Shown here piece after piece: positions 40,915 to 50,440 of a stretch of 64,000 nucleotides of DNA; positions within the stretch are counted from its first letter, which is position 1; every line of letters starts with the position of its first letter. The position numbers and the translations under genes are program-made. Source of the DNA: Actinomycetota bacterium (GTDB taxonomy: Bacteria; Actinomycetota; Acidimicrobiia; Spongiisociales; UBA4744); contig JAADGS010000027.1 of assembly GCA_013152275.1 (NCBI GenBank), forward strand, positions 124,001-188,000. The letters run 5' to 3'. The notes beneath the pieces are model-generated. The model was not told the origin of the DNA and searched no databases. It worked only from the letters and a program-made list of their open reading frames with translations.

Positions 40915-41477
40915 GTCTCGCGTCCGTTGTTCCCGAGATGGCCGACGAGGAAGTCGGCGAGTCCGGAGGCGTCGTCGAGGCCGAATTGAGGCACCGGCAG
41001 GTCCCACGTGTGATCGGTGACCAGAGCCAGCAGCTCGTCCGGGTTGCAGAGGAGTTCGCCGCTGCGGGCCGAACGGTGTACCTCGATCTTGGGATAGGCG
41101 CCGCGTTTGTAGCCTTCGGTGAGGACCAGATCCATGTCGGAGAGATGCGCTGCGATGACCGCGTCCAGGTCGGTCGACCCTGCCTGTCTGCGAAAGACGG
41201 CCACTTGTACCGGGCTGGCGCCGACAACGACCTCCGCTCCTGCTTCTGCGAGTCGGTGCGTGTCCTTTCCGGGGACATCGAAGGAGGAGAGATGGCTGTG
41301 ATGCTTCAACACGCCGACCCTGACTCCTCTGGATTCGAGTTCCGGAAGGAGCTTCTCGAGGAGGGTGGTCTTGCCGGTGCCGGACTTCGCGACGACCGAG
41401 ACGACCGGTGTGACTCGCCCGAGTTCCTTCACTCGAGATCGTTCGAACCCGGCACCCGTGCTACGTCGGCGGGACAT
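40911..41477 (-). CDS. mobB: Molybdopterin-guanine dinucleotide biosynthesis protein B
   Basis: AKSGTGKTTLLEKL, VLKHHSH, GKDTHRL, LTEGYK. Confidence 0.9.
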   Translation of the reverse strand: MSRRRSTGAGFERSRVKELGRVTPVVSVVAKSGTGKTTLLEKLLPELESRGVRVGVLKHHSHLSSFDVPGKDTHRLAEAGAEVVVGASPVQVAVFRRQAGSTDLDAVIAAHLSDMDLVLTEGYKRGAYPKIEVHRSARSGELLCNPDELLALVTDHTWDLPVPQFGLDDASGLADFLVGHLGNNGRET

Positions 41478-41649
41478 GACGTTCCGTCTCCTCCCGTGGG
41501 TCGTGATGGCGGGATCATACCCCTGTGTGAGCGAGGTCCTGTCGGAGACACGTCCGGGACGGTGATGCCCATTTGCCGACGTGTCGGATCGGCCCCCTTC
41601 AGAGCCTCGTCTATCCAGGCGGGGGCGGCGATCACGGCGGGGGACCTCG

Positions 41650-41857
41650 CGGTCCTGATCGCACCTGGTGCAACGTGGCGTATCTCGGAGATGTCCGCTC
41701 CGGCATCCGGGACCTTTCGGTCCTCGGGACGCACCGTGCCTTCGACCGGTGCGCCGATGGCGATGTCCAACTTCGTAAGGCGGCCGGCTCTTGCATCCAA
41801 GCGGCCGACAGTGGGGCGCCGACGCAGCAGATCGGGCGTGAGACCCGGTCCGCTCAT
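41650..41857 (-). pseudogene. Possible decayed arsenate reductase (LMWP-type arsC) remnant
   Basis: Overlaps the acr3 stop. Fragments in mixed frames read EVG-IAI-HRSK and EDRKVPDAGADISEIR, resembling ArsC EVGIDIS.HRSK and EDW..PDP. No CxxNxxRS loop. Confidence 0.4.
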
Positions 41858-42945
41858 CGTTGCGCTTCGGTCGGGTAGAAACGCCGGCGAGCCCACAGAG
41901 CGACGTACACGAGACCGACGAGGACGGGGACTTCGATCAGAGGTCCGACGACGCCGGCGAGGGCCTCACCCGAGGAGATGCCGAAGATGCCGATGGTGAC
42001 GGCTATGGCCAGTTCGAAGTTGTTCCCGGCGGCCGTGAACGACAGCGTCACGTTCTTCGGGTAGGAGAGTCGTAGGCGCAGGCCGAGAGCGAAGGAGACG
42101 CTCCACATGATGGCGAAGTATGCGATGAGTGGCAGGGCGATGCGGGCGACATCGAAGGGTTGTGAGGTGATCGCGTCGCCTTGGAGGGCGAATAGCAGCA
42201 CGACCGTGAACAGCAGACCCCAAAGGGCGATCGGACCGATCCTCGGCAAGAACCTTCCCTCATACCACTCGACGCCCTTGGATCGCTCACCCCACAGTCG
42301 GGTCAGCCACCCTGCGACCAGGGGGACGCCGAGGAAGATGAGTACCGACTTGGCGATTGCCCATATCGAGATCGAGACCGTGTGCGTCTCCAGGCCGAGC
42401 CATCCCGGCAGCACGGTGAGATAGAAGTAGCCGAGAACTGCGTACGCGACGATCTGAAACAGTGAGTTGAGAGCAACGAGAACCGCAGCGGCCTCACGGT
42501 GTCCGGACGCAAGGTCGTTCCAGATGAGCACCATTGCGATACACCTGGCCAGACCGACGAGGATGAGCCCGGTGCGGTAGGCGGGAAGGTCGGGGAGCAG
42601 CAGCCACGCGAGGGCAAACATGAGTGCGGGTCCGACGATCCAGTTCAGGACCAGAGAGGTGACTATCAGCGTGCGGTCCGTGGCGATCTCGCCGATACGC
42701 GAGTACCGCACCTTGGCAAGCACCGGGTACATCATCGCCAACAAGCCGAGCGCTATCGGCAATGAGACGGTGTCGATCTTGACTGCGTCGAGCCAGTCGT
42801 TGAGCGTAGGGACGGCCCTCCCGAGGCCGAGGCCCAGGGCCATGGCGAGGCCGATCCAGATGGGCAGGAATCGGTCGAGTAGCGAGAGGCGTTCGACGAC
42901 CGACTCCTCTATCGCCTTGACCCGGGTATGCGGCGACGACATCAT
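41854..42945 (-). CDS. acr3: ACR3-family arsenite efflux transporter
   Basis: LDRFLPIWI, MMYPVLAKV, GLARCIAMVLIWN, AAGNNFELAIAV, GPLIEVPVL. Confidence 0.96.
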   Translation of the reverse strand: MMSSPHTRVKAIEESVVERLSLLDRFLPIWIGLAMALGLGLGRAVPTLNDWLDAVKIDTVSLPIALGLLAMMYPVLAKVRYSRIGEIATDRTLIVTSLVLNWIVGPALMFALAWLLLPDLPAYRTGLILVGLARCIAMVLIWNDLASGHREAAAVLVALNSLFQIVAYAVLGYFYLTVLPGWLGLETHTVSISIWAIAKSVLIFLGVPLVAGWLTRLWGERSKGVEWYEGRFLPRIGPIALWGLLFTVVLLFALQGDAITSQPFDVARIALPLIAYFAIMWSVSFALGLRLRLSYPKNVTLSFTAAGNNFELAIAVTIGIFGISSGEALAGVVGPLIEVPVLVGLVYVALWARRRFYPTEAQR

Positions 42946-43021
42946 GCTCCACCCCTTCGGAGGTGATCCACGAGAGACTCGATCTTGGGTGCCGTGCCGT
43001 TGAGTGTTTCGGCACCGGCGG

Positions 43022-43336
43022 TCATCGGGCGATCTCCGACATGCGGTATTCGCGGGGAAGTGCGCGATCGAGCCTCTCCCAGGCTTCGGGGGCGATCGAG
43101 TAGTCGATCCATCGGCCACGCTTCTTGCCGACGATGAGGCCGGCTTCCCTGAGGACCTTCAGGTGGTAGGAGAGCAGGTTCTGGGCGATCGCGACGATGT
43201 CGCCGATCTCACACACGCACTTCGGCGTCTCCGAGAGGAGATCGAGGATGGCCAGCCGGGTCGGGTCGGCGAGCGCTCCGAGCAACTCGGCACTCTGTTC
43301 AAAACGTCTTGTATCAAGAGTTGTTGAGACGTTCAT
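43022..43336 (-). CDS. arsR: ArsR/SmtB metalloregulator
   Basis: ALADPTRLAIL, CVCEI metal-binding box, SYHLKVLREAGL; lies upstream of acr3. Confidence 0.9.
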   Translation of the reverse strand: MNVSTTLDTRRFEQSAELLGALADPTRLAILDLLSETPKCVCEIGDIVAIAQNLLSYHLKVLREAGLIVGKKRGRWIDYSIAPEAWERLDRALPREYRMSEIAR

Positions 43337-43554
43337 GCTTGGACTGTACCAAATGGGACGAGGGAGGCAAGTCCAGGTGAAGAACCGTCGTGCCCTTCAT
43401 TGTCGGCATCATGGGCGATCGTCACCAGATGCGGACGCGACGATGCCGGTCGGCGTTCACCGATCGGCATCGTGTGGCTGAGAGTGCCCGGCGGTGGGGC
43501 GTGACCGGAGGTCGCCGGGCCAGATCACCCCGAACGCCGGGCGTGTTCGGGGGT

Positions 43555-43782
43555 CTACCGTCCTGTGAGCAGGTCGCTCCGTCTCTCTTCGAGTTCGAGC
43601 GCATCGATCTCCCCTCGGGCGAATCTTGCCTCGAGGATGTCGAGGGCGCGGTCGCGAGAGGTTGTCACCTGCTCCGGCCTCGAGCCGGCACTCCGAGCAA
43701 TCCAGACGATTCCCCAGAGGATCGCTCCCCAGAACAAGACCATCCAAAGAGCTCCGAACCATCCTCCAAATGACCACATCAT
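43555..43782 (-). CDS. Small SHOCT-domain membrane protein
   Basis: MMWSFGGW TM followed by ALDILEARFARGEID..E; AAGGAG Shine-Dalgarno. Confidence 0.85.
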   Translation of the reverse strand: MMWSFGGWFGALWMVLFWGAILWGIVWIARSAGSRPEQVTTSRDRALDILEARFARGEIDALELEERRSDLLTGR

Positions 43783-43878
43783 GGTGTTCTCCTTACCTGT
43801 TGATGCGGTCAGTACATCAGAGGAAGATGAACGGTCTACGCATGCCCGTGTAAAGCTTCTGCAACGGGTGACGCCTTC

Positions 43879-43895
43879 TTGCAACGAATTTGCAA
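43879..43895. promoter_or_regulatory. Nur-like (Fur family) box
   Basis: TTGCAA-CGAAT-TTGCAA about 40 nt upstream of the NiCoT-like gene. Confidence 0.55.
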
Positions 43896-43933
43896 TAAGC
43901 TGCTGTTCGAGAGACTTCGATAGGAGAAGGGCC

Positions 43934-44707
43934 GTGCCGGAACTCATTGCCACGATCCGCACGGTTTCCCCCGTCGGCGTGGCCCTTCTCATATCGGCTT
44001 TCTTCCTTGGATTGCGGCATGGCATCGACTGGGATCACATCGCCGCCATCTCGGATATCACGAGCACACAGGAGACGGTGCGGTCCTCGCTGTGGTTTTC
44101 GACGCTCTATGCGATCGGGCACGCGGCTGTCGTGCTGGCCATCGGTGCCGCTCTGATCGTGGCCGACTTCGAGATGCCGGCAGGTCTGGAATCGCTCATG
44201 GGCAGGGTCGTCGGGGCCACACTCGTCGTCCTGGGAGTGTGGGTCCTCGTGGCACTGGTCCGTCACGGTGACCGTTTCCGGATGCGGAGTCGTTGGATGC
44301 TTCTGTTCTCCGGGGTGCGTTCCGGGATCCGACGCCTTCGAGGCCATCGGCCCGGTCCCGAAGCATCGGACCAGGATCCATTTGCGACCTATGGAGCCAA
44401 GACGTCGCTGGGTGTTGGCATGCTCCATGGGGTGGGGGCCGAGACACCCACCCAGGTGGTGATCTTCCTCGGTGCAACGGGCGTGGGTGGAAAAGGTCTC
44501 GGGATGGGCGTGCTGGTGGTTTTCGTCGTGGGGCTGATTGTGGCCAACACGCTGATCGCCGTTGGCGCCTCGGTCGGCTTTCTCGGCGCGACCCGCTCTC
44601 GTTGGGCATACCGACTGACCGGCGGCGTCATTGCGCTCTTCAGCCTGGTCCTCGGAACGATATTCCTACTCGGCGGCGCTTCGATGTTGCCCACCCTTGC
44701 GGGCTGA
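43934..44707 (+). CDS. NiCoT (HoxN/NixA)-like nickel/cobalt transporter
   Basis: GLRHGIDWDHIAAI signature, YAIGH, LHGVGAET. GTG after AGGAG. Confidence 0.82.
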   Translation: MPELIATIRTVSPVGVALLISAFFLGLRHGIDWDHIAAISDITSTQETVRSSLWFSTLYAIGHAAVVLAIGAALIVADFEMPAGLESLMGRVVGATLVVLGVWVLVALVRHGDRFRMRSRWMLLFSGVRSGIRRLRGHRPGPEASDQDPFATYGAKTSLGVGMLHGVGAETPTQVVIFLGATGVGGKGLGMGVLVVFVVGLIVANTLIAVGASVGFLGATRSRWAYRLTGGVIALFSLVLGTIFLLGGASMLPTLAG

Positions 44708-44901
44708 AGGCGCGCCGAGCGCTCGACGGCGGATCGCCCCGACGCAAAGCCGTTGCAGCTCTTTCCCTCGACTTCGTCGTAGTCCGCCGACGGCCACTCC
44801 ATCCATTCGCGGTCTTGCATCGACTCGAGGTCTCGATGCGAAGTACCGGATACCACGTGGCGCGATCGGCACCCACGGCTGCTCAGAGGGCCGGAGGGGC
44901 C

Positions 44902-45708
44902 TCAGAGCAGCATCATCAAGACAAACGGCACGAGCACGAGTAGCGCCAGGGTCGGGTGACCGCGCCGTCGCGTGTTGTGACTGTCCCAGGTGAACAAGTA
45001 GACCGCCAACGCGAAGCCCAGGATCCCGCTGAGCGCCAGGGCGATGATCGACCCCCATGCGCTGAAGTCTGCAGCCTCTCCCATCGCCAAGGCATTGAAC
45101 GCGTTCATGGCGTGGGTGGCAGGAAGCAGCCGGGCGAACCTCCCGGCAGCCTCCGGCAATTCGGCGTAGGGGATCATCATTCCTCCCAGCAGTATCGAGG
45201 GGAGGAAGACGAGTTGGGACCACAGCATCTGTGCGCGTGAGTTGGGGGACACGACTCCGATCAGCACGCTGATGCCGGCGGAGGAGAGGGTGGCGGCAAG
45301 GAACGTGAGGGCGTATCCACCCCAGTTCACGGGCGAGGGAGCACCAAAGAGCAGGGGAGCGCCGACGGTGATGATCGTCGCAGCGATCACCAGGTGAAGG
45401 GTGGTCGTGAGCGCCGGGATGGCCAGGATGGACGAGGAAGGAACCCCGTTGATCTTGTAGCTGCGAAACACGCCTGCTTCGCGAGCATCGACCAGGGGTT
45501 GGGGCAATCCCATCAGCGTGGCGGTGAGTATCGCGAACACGACCATCGCGGGCATCATGGCCTGGAGGAAATAGGGGTTGAGGCCGGGCAGGATGAGCCC
45601 CATCATCAGGAAGAAGCTCAGTGGGAACAGATAGTTCATCATGAGCAGCGACTTGTTGCGGATGCCGGTGCGGAAATCGTACGAGAAGTGGATGGCGAAC
45701 GCGTTCAT
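44902..45708 (-). CDS. ABC-2 type permease
   Basis: Six TMs, REAGVFRSYKING, LLPATHA. Confidence 0.85.
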   Translation of the reverse strand: MNAFAIHFSYDFRTGIRNKSLLMMNYLFPLSFFLMMGLILPGLNPYFLQAMMPAMVVFAILTATLMGLPQPLVDAREAGVFRSYKINGVPSSSILAIPALTTTLHLVIAATIITVGAPLLFGAPSPVNWGGYALTFLAATLSSAGISVLIGVVSPNSRAQMLWSQLVFLPSILLGGMMIPYAELPEAAGRFARLLPATHAMNAFNALAMGEAADFSAWGSIIALALSGILGFALAVYLFTWDSHNTRRRGHPTLALLVLVPFVLMMLL

Positions 45709-46631
45709 CGCCCTCCTTGGGTGTTCGCGGCGTCGGCAATCTCCAGGAACCTATCCTCCAGTGAGGGGCGTTCGACTCGCAGATCGATCAGAGAATCGTT
45801 GGTGTCCTCCACATGAGCGATGATCGCCGCCACGGTGGGACCGATGTCGGTGCTGAAGAAGATCGAGTAGTCCCCTTCCTGCGCCGTCCGGCTCACCGCC
45901 GGGAAGGTGACAGAGGCCCCGGACAGACCGGTGCCCTGAGTGCGTACGCTGATCTTCGTCAGCCCCGCGCCCGTGGCGGTGATCTCTCTGGGCGTACCGA
46001 CCGTGGCGATGCGCCCTCCCATCAAGATGGCGACACGATCGGACATCTCTTCCGCCTCGGCCATGTCGTGGGTGGCCAGGATGATCGTCGTGCCGGCGGT
46101 GCGCAGCTCGTTCATCAGATTGTGCAGCTCGACTCGGGACGGCACATCGAGCCCGGCTGTCGGCTCGTCCAAGAACAGCACGTTCGGGTCGTGAGCGATG
46201 GCGAGTACGAGAACCAGACGTCGCTGCTGTCCTGCCGACAGGCTGTGGTATTGGGCGTCGCGCTTGTCGCTCAGGCCGAGCCGCTTCAGCAGATCGAGCC
46301 GAGGCGGCACGCCACGATAGGCACAGAAGAGCTTCATCGACTCGTCGACGGTGATGCTGTCGGGAAGTCCAGACGACTGCAGCTGCACTCCGATCAGACT
46401 TTGCAGCTTGCGGGGCTCGCGTGCCGGATCGATCCCCGCCACCCGCAAGGAGCCACCGTCGGGAGCACGCAATCCTTCGAGGCTCTCCAACGTGCTCGTC
46501 TTGCCCGCGCCATTCGGGCCGAGTAGACCGAAGATCTCACCCTGTTGTACATCGAAAGAAATGCCGTCGACGGCAACGAACCCGCCGTACGTCTTGCGGA
46601 AGTCGGTGACTTCGATCACCGGCATCGTCAC
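45705..46631 (-). CDS. ABC transporter ATP-binding protein
   Basis: GPNGAGKTS, LSAGQQRR, FLDEPTAGLD. Start uncertain (46625-46640). Confidence 0.92.
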   Translation of the reverse strand: MTMPVIEVTDFRKTYGGFVAVDGISFDVQQGEIFGLLGPNGAGKTSTLESLEGLRAPDGGSLRVAGIDPAREPRKLQSLIGVQLQSSGLPDSITVDESMKLFCAYRGVPPRLDLLKRLGLSDKRDAQYHSLSAGQQRRLVLVLAIAHDPNVLFLDEPTAGLDVPSRVELHNLMNELRTAGTTIILATHDMAEAEEMSDRVAILMGGRIATVGTPREITATGAGLTKISVRTQGTGLSGASVTFPAVSRTAQEGDYSIFFSTDIGPTVAAIIAHVEDTNDSLIDLRVERPSLEDRFLEIADAANTQGGR

Positions 46632-47277
46632 CGCACGCATCCTTCGACGGTTCCGTTGCGGGCAATGCCGGCAAGGTGAAACGTGCTCGAGGGAGACTCC
46701 TCCCGTACGAGGTGGGGGGCTTCTTGGGTGTCGACCGAAGCGCTCATCCGAACATCATACCGATACGATCCGAGGTCCCGCTTCGGCAGTTCAGGCCTGG
46801 AAACACGTTCAGTTCCTTCCTGGCCCGGTCGCTCCTCTTCGTCGAAGATGCAGTCTGGAGACGGCGTCGAATGTTGCCGTGGGCGGACCCACAGGCGCCC
46901 GGCGGGTGCGTCCGCGAAATGCTTCGAGGCGTGGATCTGTCGAGTGGTAGTGGCGCGACGATCGAAGGCTGTCCGCTCGAGTCGCGAGTCCCTTGTCACC
47001 ACCCGCTTGATACCGGAGGACGACGTGGCCCTTTCAGCCGTGTGGATTGCAGAGTCCACATCGCATCCGTCCCATTGTCGACGAGCCGTTCGCCTTCGTC
47101 GCCGAGGGCGATCGGGTACCCGTCGCCGCCGAGAGAGAAGGTTCCGGCGGCATCGATATCATTTCTGGTCATCGTCGGGTTGTTCCCGCCGATGACGTCG
47201 AAGGTCCGGGCGGTCGTGTCGCCGGCGCCCGGACGGACATGAGACCGTGCCGGCCCGTCCGCGTTTCGAGAGCGGTG

Positions 47278-47913
47278 TCAGCAGTGTCGGCGGCGGGAGC
47301 GATGCCCGCCGGACCTACGCCTGGAGGCGGTGTCGCGTGTGGTGATGAGGTCGGTGACGGCGTCGATCTTGCCGGTGATGCCGGCTTGGCCGGCCCGTTC
47401 CGCATCCTCGCCGGGCCGCGACGGTGCGGGTGTCTGGCGGGGTCTCGGCGGGATCGGCCGTCCGGCGGTGGACGCGTCGGCCGCCTCCAGGTTCCAGATC
47501 GCAGTATCCAGCCGAGTGGCCAAACGGCGCAGCTCGTTCGCGTCATCCGTCTTGTCGAGGTCCTTCAGGATGCCGGCATAGGCGACGGACGCATCACGGA
47601 AATAGGCGAGCGCCGCGTCGTCATTCGAGGTCTTGATCCGTTCTTCCAAGCGAAGGATGTCGTTGGCCACGTTGTCCAGTCGGCGGCGAAGTTCCCTTTT
47701 CGTCTCTTCCAGGCGGGTCGTTCGAGAGCGCCGATTCTGTTGCCCATTCCACCAGGAGATGGCTGCGGCAGCCAGGAGGGCGACGACCGTCAGTACGCCG
47801 AGAAGCAGCAATGTCGATGACAGATCGGTGCCGCGAGAGTCAAGCGCCCTGAACGCGAGGTAGAGCAGTACGACGATGACGATGGGGGAACGGAAGGAGA
47901 ACATCCTTCTCAT
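47278..47913 (-). CDS. Hypothetical membrane protein (two N-terminal TMs, helical C-domain)
   Basis: Coding-like composition and hydrophobic N-terminus; no family recognised. Confidence 0.6.
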   Translation of the reverse strand: MRRMFSFRSPIVIVVLLYLAFRALDSRGTDLSSTLLLLGVLTVVALLAAAAISWWNGQQNRRSRTTRLEETKRELRRRLDNVANDILRLEERIKTSNDDAALAYFRDASVAYAGILKDLDKTDDANELRRLATRLDTAIWNLEAADASTAGRPIPPRPRQTPAPSRPGEDAERAGQAGITGKIDAVTDLITTRDTASRRRSGGHRSRRRHC

Positions 47914-47962
47914 GATGGCATCTCGATTCGATGGTAGTTCGACGGGGAGTCGACTGGGCCGC

Positions 47963-48607
47963 TCATGGTTCTGTCCTGTCTTGTGGCACGGTGGCGACGA
48001 TCTCTCGCCAGACGCCTTCCCGTCGTACGTCTTCGAGTTCCAGGCCGGCAGCCACCACGTTGTCTTCGGTCGGCCGATTGATGTTGAATCCGAACACGTT
48101 TCGTGTGATGGGGTTCAACGCATCGAAGAGACGTGCGAGGAGTGCGTTGCGGGGTCGCACATGCTCGAGGAGCAGAACCCGGCCGCCGGGCTTCACGACT
48201 CGAGCCACCTCGCGTAGACCTGCCACAGGATCCGCGACGGAACAGAACACCGTGGTCGCCACTGCCGTGTCGAAGCTGTCATCGGCGAAGGGAGCTTGCT
48301 GAATGTCGGCGAGGTCGAGATCGACGGGCGCCGAGATTCGTTTGGCACGTCGCCTGGCTCGCTTCAACATGCCTTCGGACACATCGATGCCGACAAGCTG
48401 GACGTCTTGGGGATAGTGCTCCAGGTTCTTGCCGGTGCCGACACCCACCTCGAGGGTGGTTCCCCGCGCCTGAGACACGAGGCGCCGCCGCCTTCGTAGC
48501 GTTCCCAGCCGTTCCATCGGCGCGTCATACAGGTCGTAGAGAGGGGCTATCCGGTCGTAGCGCCGGGTGATCTCGGCTTGGCTCTCGACGGGGCCCTGTC
48601 CGGTCAT
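47963..48607 (-). CDS. Class I SAM-dependent methyltransferase
   Basis: YDRIAPLYD, LEVGVGTG, VFCSVADP, LLEHVR; ATGA overlap with DUF302. Confidence 0.9.
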   Translation of the reverse strand: MTGQGPVESQAEITRRYDRIAPLYDLYDAPMERLGTLRRRRRLVSQARGTTLEVGVGTGKNLEHYPQDVQLVGIDVSEGMLKRARRRAKRISAPVDLDLADIQQAPFADDSFDTAVATTVFCSVADPVAGLREVARVVKPGGRVLLLEHVRPRNALLARLFDALNPITRNVFGFNINRPTEDNVVAAGLELEDVRREGVWREIVATVPQDRTEP

Positions 48608-49008
48608 GCGTCTTCCAGGGCCGTGAGTACGGCGACGAGGCGCGACCGGGCTTCGTCGGCGATCGGCTGAATGTCGGAGCTCTCGCTGACGGAGAGCATG
48701 GCGGCGGGGTCGACGGCAGAGATCCGTGTAGACCCGTCCTCGGTGGCGCGCAACGTCACGTTGCACGGCAGCAAGAGGCCGATGGCCGGTTCGATGTTCA
48801 GTGCCTGATGCGCAAGATGCGGATTACAGGCTCCCAAGATCTTGTAAGGCGGTGTGGTGACTCCCAACTTTGCCTCGAGTGTCGCCGCCACGTCGATCTC
48901 GGTGAGAACGCCGAAGCCCTGTGCCGTCAGCGCGGCACGGGTTTCCTCCTCCGCGGATGCGATGTCGGTGTCCTTGGTGATGCTCATTTCGTAACCCTGC
49001 TTTTCCAT
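48604..49008 (-). CDS. DUF302 family protein
   Basis: GFGVLTEID, YKILGACNP, IGLLLPCNV, ISAVDP. Confidence 0.9.
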   Translation of the reverse strand: MEKQGYEMSITKDTDIASAEEETRAALTAQGFGVLTEIDVAATLEAKLGVTTPPYKILGACNPHLAHQALNIEPAIGLLLPCNVTLRATEDGSTRISAVDPAAMLSVSESSDIQPIADEARSRLVAVLTALEDA

Positions 49009-49058
49009 GGGAAAACCTCCTGCGGCAGGTAGCCGTCGTCGTGGGGTAGTGTGCTGTT

Positions 49059-49084
49059 TACCCTACCCCACCCCGGGTGGGGTG
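49059..49084. promoter_or_regulatory. CsoR-like G/C-tract operator between divergent DUF302 and lgt-like genes
   Basis: TACCCTACCCCACC-CCG-GGTGGGGTG with ACCCCACC/GGTGGGGT dyad. Confidence 0.45.
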
Positions 49085-49113
49085 CAAGTTTCCGGTCTCA
49101 GGAGAATGGCACC

Positions 49114-49977
49114 ATGTTCGGATTGATCAGCTACCGCCCGATTCCCATTTTCGAGTTGGGTCCGTTGAAGCTGTCGCTGCACGGGCTCGCCGCCGGGCTC
49201 GGGTTTCTCGCCGGCGCATGGCTGCTGTTGCGGATCGCCCGACGGCGCGGGTTCGACACGGAGCGACTGCAATCGGTGCTGACGTGGGCCTTGGTGGGAG
49301 CGTTGATCGGTGCGCCGCTGCTGACCGTGCCGGCGCGCCTGTTCAATCCTGGATTCGGATTCCACGATCTCTTCGCTTCGATGTCGATCCTCGGCGGTAT
49401 GACAGGCGGCATCCTCGCCGGTTGGATCAGGATGAGGATGCTCTCTTTGCCCTTCCTGCCGGTCATCGACATGGCGGCTCCCGGTCTTGCCCTGGGAACC
49501 GTGATCGGTCGGCTCGGGGATCTGGCGATCGTGGAACACCTTGGGAGGCGCACGTCGTTCTTTCTCGGCTATGCGGTGAAGCCCGGATATGATCTCGCAC
49601 CGCAGCACAACGCACTCGAGTGCACGACGTCGCAGGCCGTCGATGGCATCTGCGGTGTTTATCACCCCACCGCGCTCTACGATCTGCTCGGGGCGCTGGC
49701 GCTCCTCGGCGTGCTGCTGTGGCTCGGTAGGCGCTGGCAGACCCGGCACTATGGACAGCTCTTCGCCTTGTGGATGGCATGGTATGGATTGCAGCGATTC
49801 TTCGTCGATTTCACACGGGCGGGTGGACCCAACATCGACCAGATGATCGGTGGGGTCACGTGGAGTCAGGTGACCGGTCTCGGTGCCGGTCTGGCCGGCC
49901 TGATCTTGCTGTGGGTTCTGCGGCGGCGGATGCCTGTGGTCGGCGCCGAGCAGGACGAGGTGTATACGGCCGTCTGA
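49114..49977 (+). CDS. Prolipoprotein diacylglyceryl transferase (Lgt)-family protein
   Basis: IFELGPLKLSLHG, MSILGG, IGRLGD, HPTALYD, RFFVDFTR. Divergent from canonical Lgt. Confidence 0.8.
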   Translation: MFGLISYRPIPIFELGPLKLSLHGLAAGLGFLAGAWLLLRIARRRGFDTERLQSVLTWALVGALIGAPLLTVPARLFNPGFGFHDLFASMSILGGMTGGILAGWIRMRMLSLPFLPVIDMAAPGLALGTVIGRLGDLAIVEHLGRRTSFFLGYAVKPGYDLAPQHNALECTTSQAVDGICGVYHPTALYDLLGALALLGVLLWLGRRWQTRHYGQLFALWMAWYGLQRFFVDFTRAGGPNIDQMIGGVTWSQVTGLGAGLAGLILLWVLRRRMPVVGAEQDEVYTAV

Positions 49978-50218
49978 GCTATCGCGAGCCGAGGGGGCTC
50001 CATGCACGTCCGGTCGGCAGGTTCCTCCATGTGCGGCGGTTGGGACTCCCGGAGGCCGGGACCGGGGTCCAGCGAGCCGGCCCGAACGCAGACCGAGCAT
50101 TTCTCGATCGTGGACGCCGGTTCGGATTCCGGGGAGATCTGATCGAGTCGGCCGTGCACGGGTCTCCATCGAGGACCCTTCCATGTCGACTCGCGCCGGT
50201 GCGCGTCGACATCGCCAC

Positions 50219-50250
50219 TTGACATTCCATTCGACTGGAGGGTGTACGTT
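50219..50250 (+). promoter_or_regulatory. MerR-type promoter/operator P1 (20-bp spacer)
   Basis: TTGACA-TTCCATTCGACTGGAGGGTG-TACGTT. Confidence 0.75.
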
Positions 50251-50440
50251 TGGCGGTGCTCGGCACGGTGAGCCGTCGCACCGTTCGATCTTCCGGCCGT
50301 GATCGCCGTGATCGTGGTGCTCTCCATCCCGGGAGACCGTCGTCCCGTGAGCGGAGAACGACGTAACCCGATCAGGGCTCTGCCGGGATGTCGAGCAGTT
50401 CGCAGGCGTGGTCGGCAGATTGCCTCGAGGAGGGGAACAC

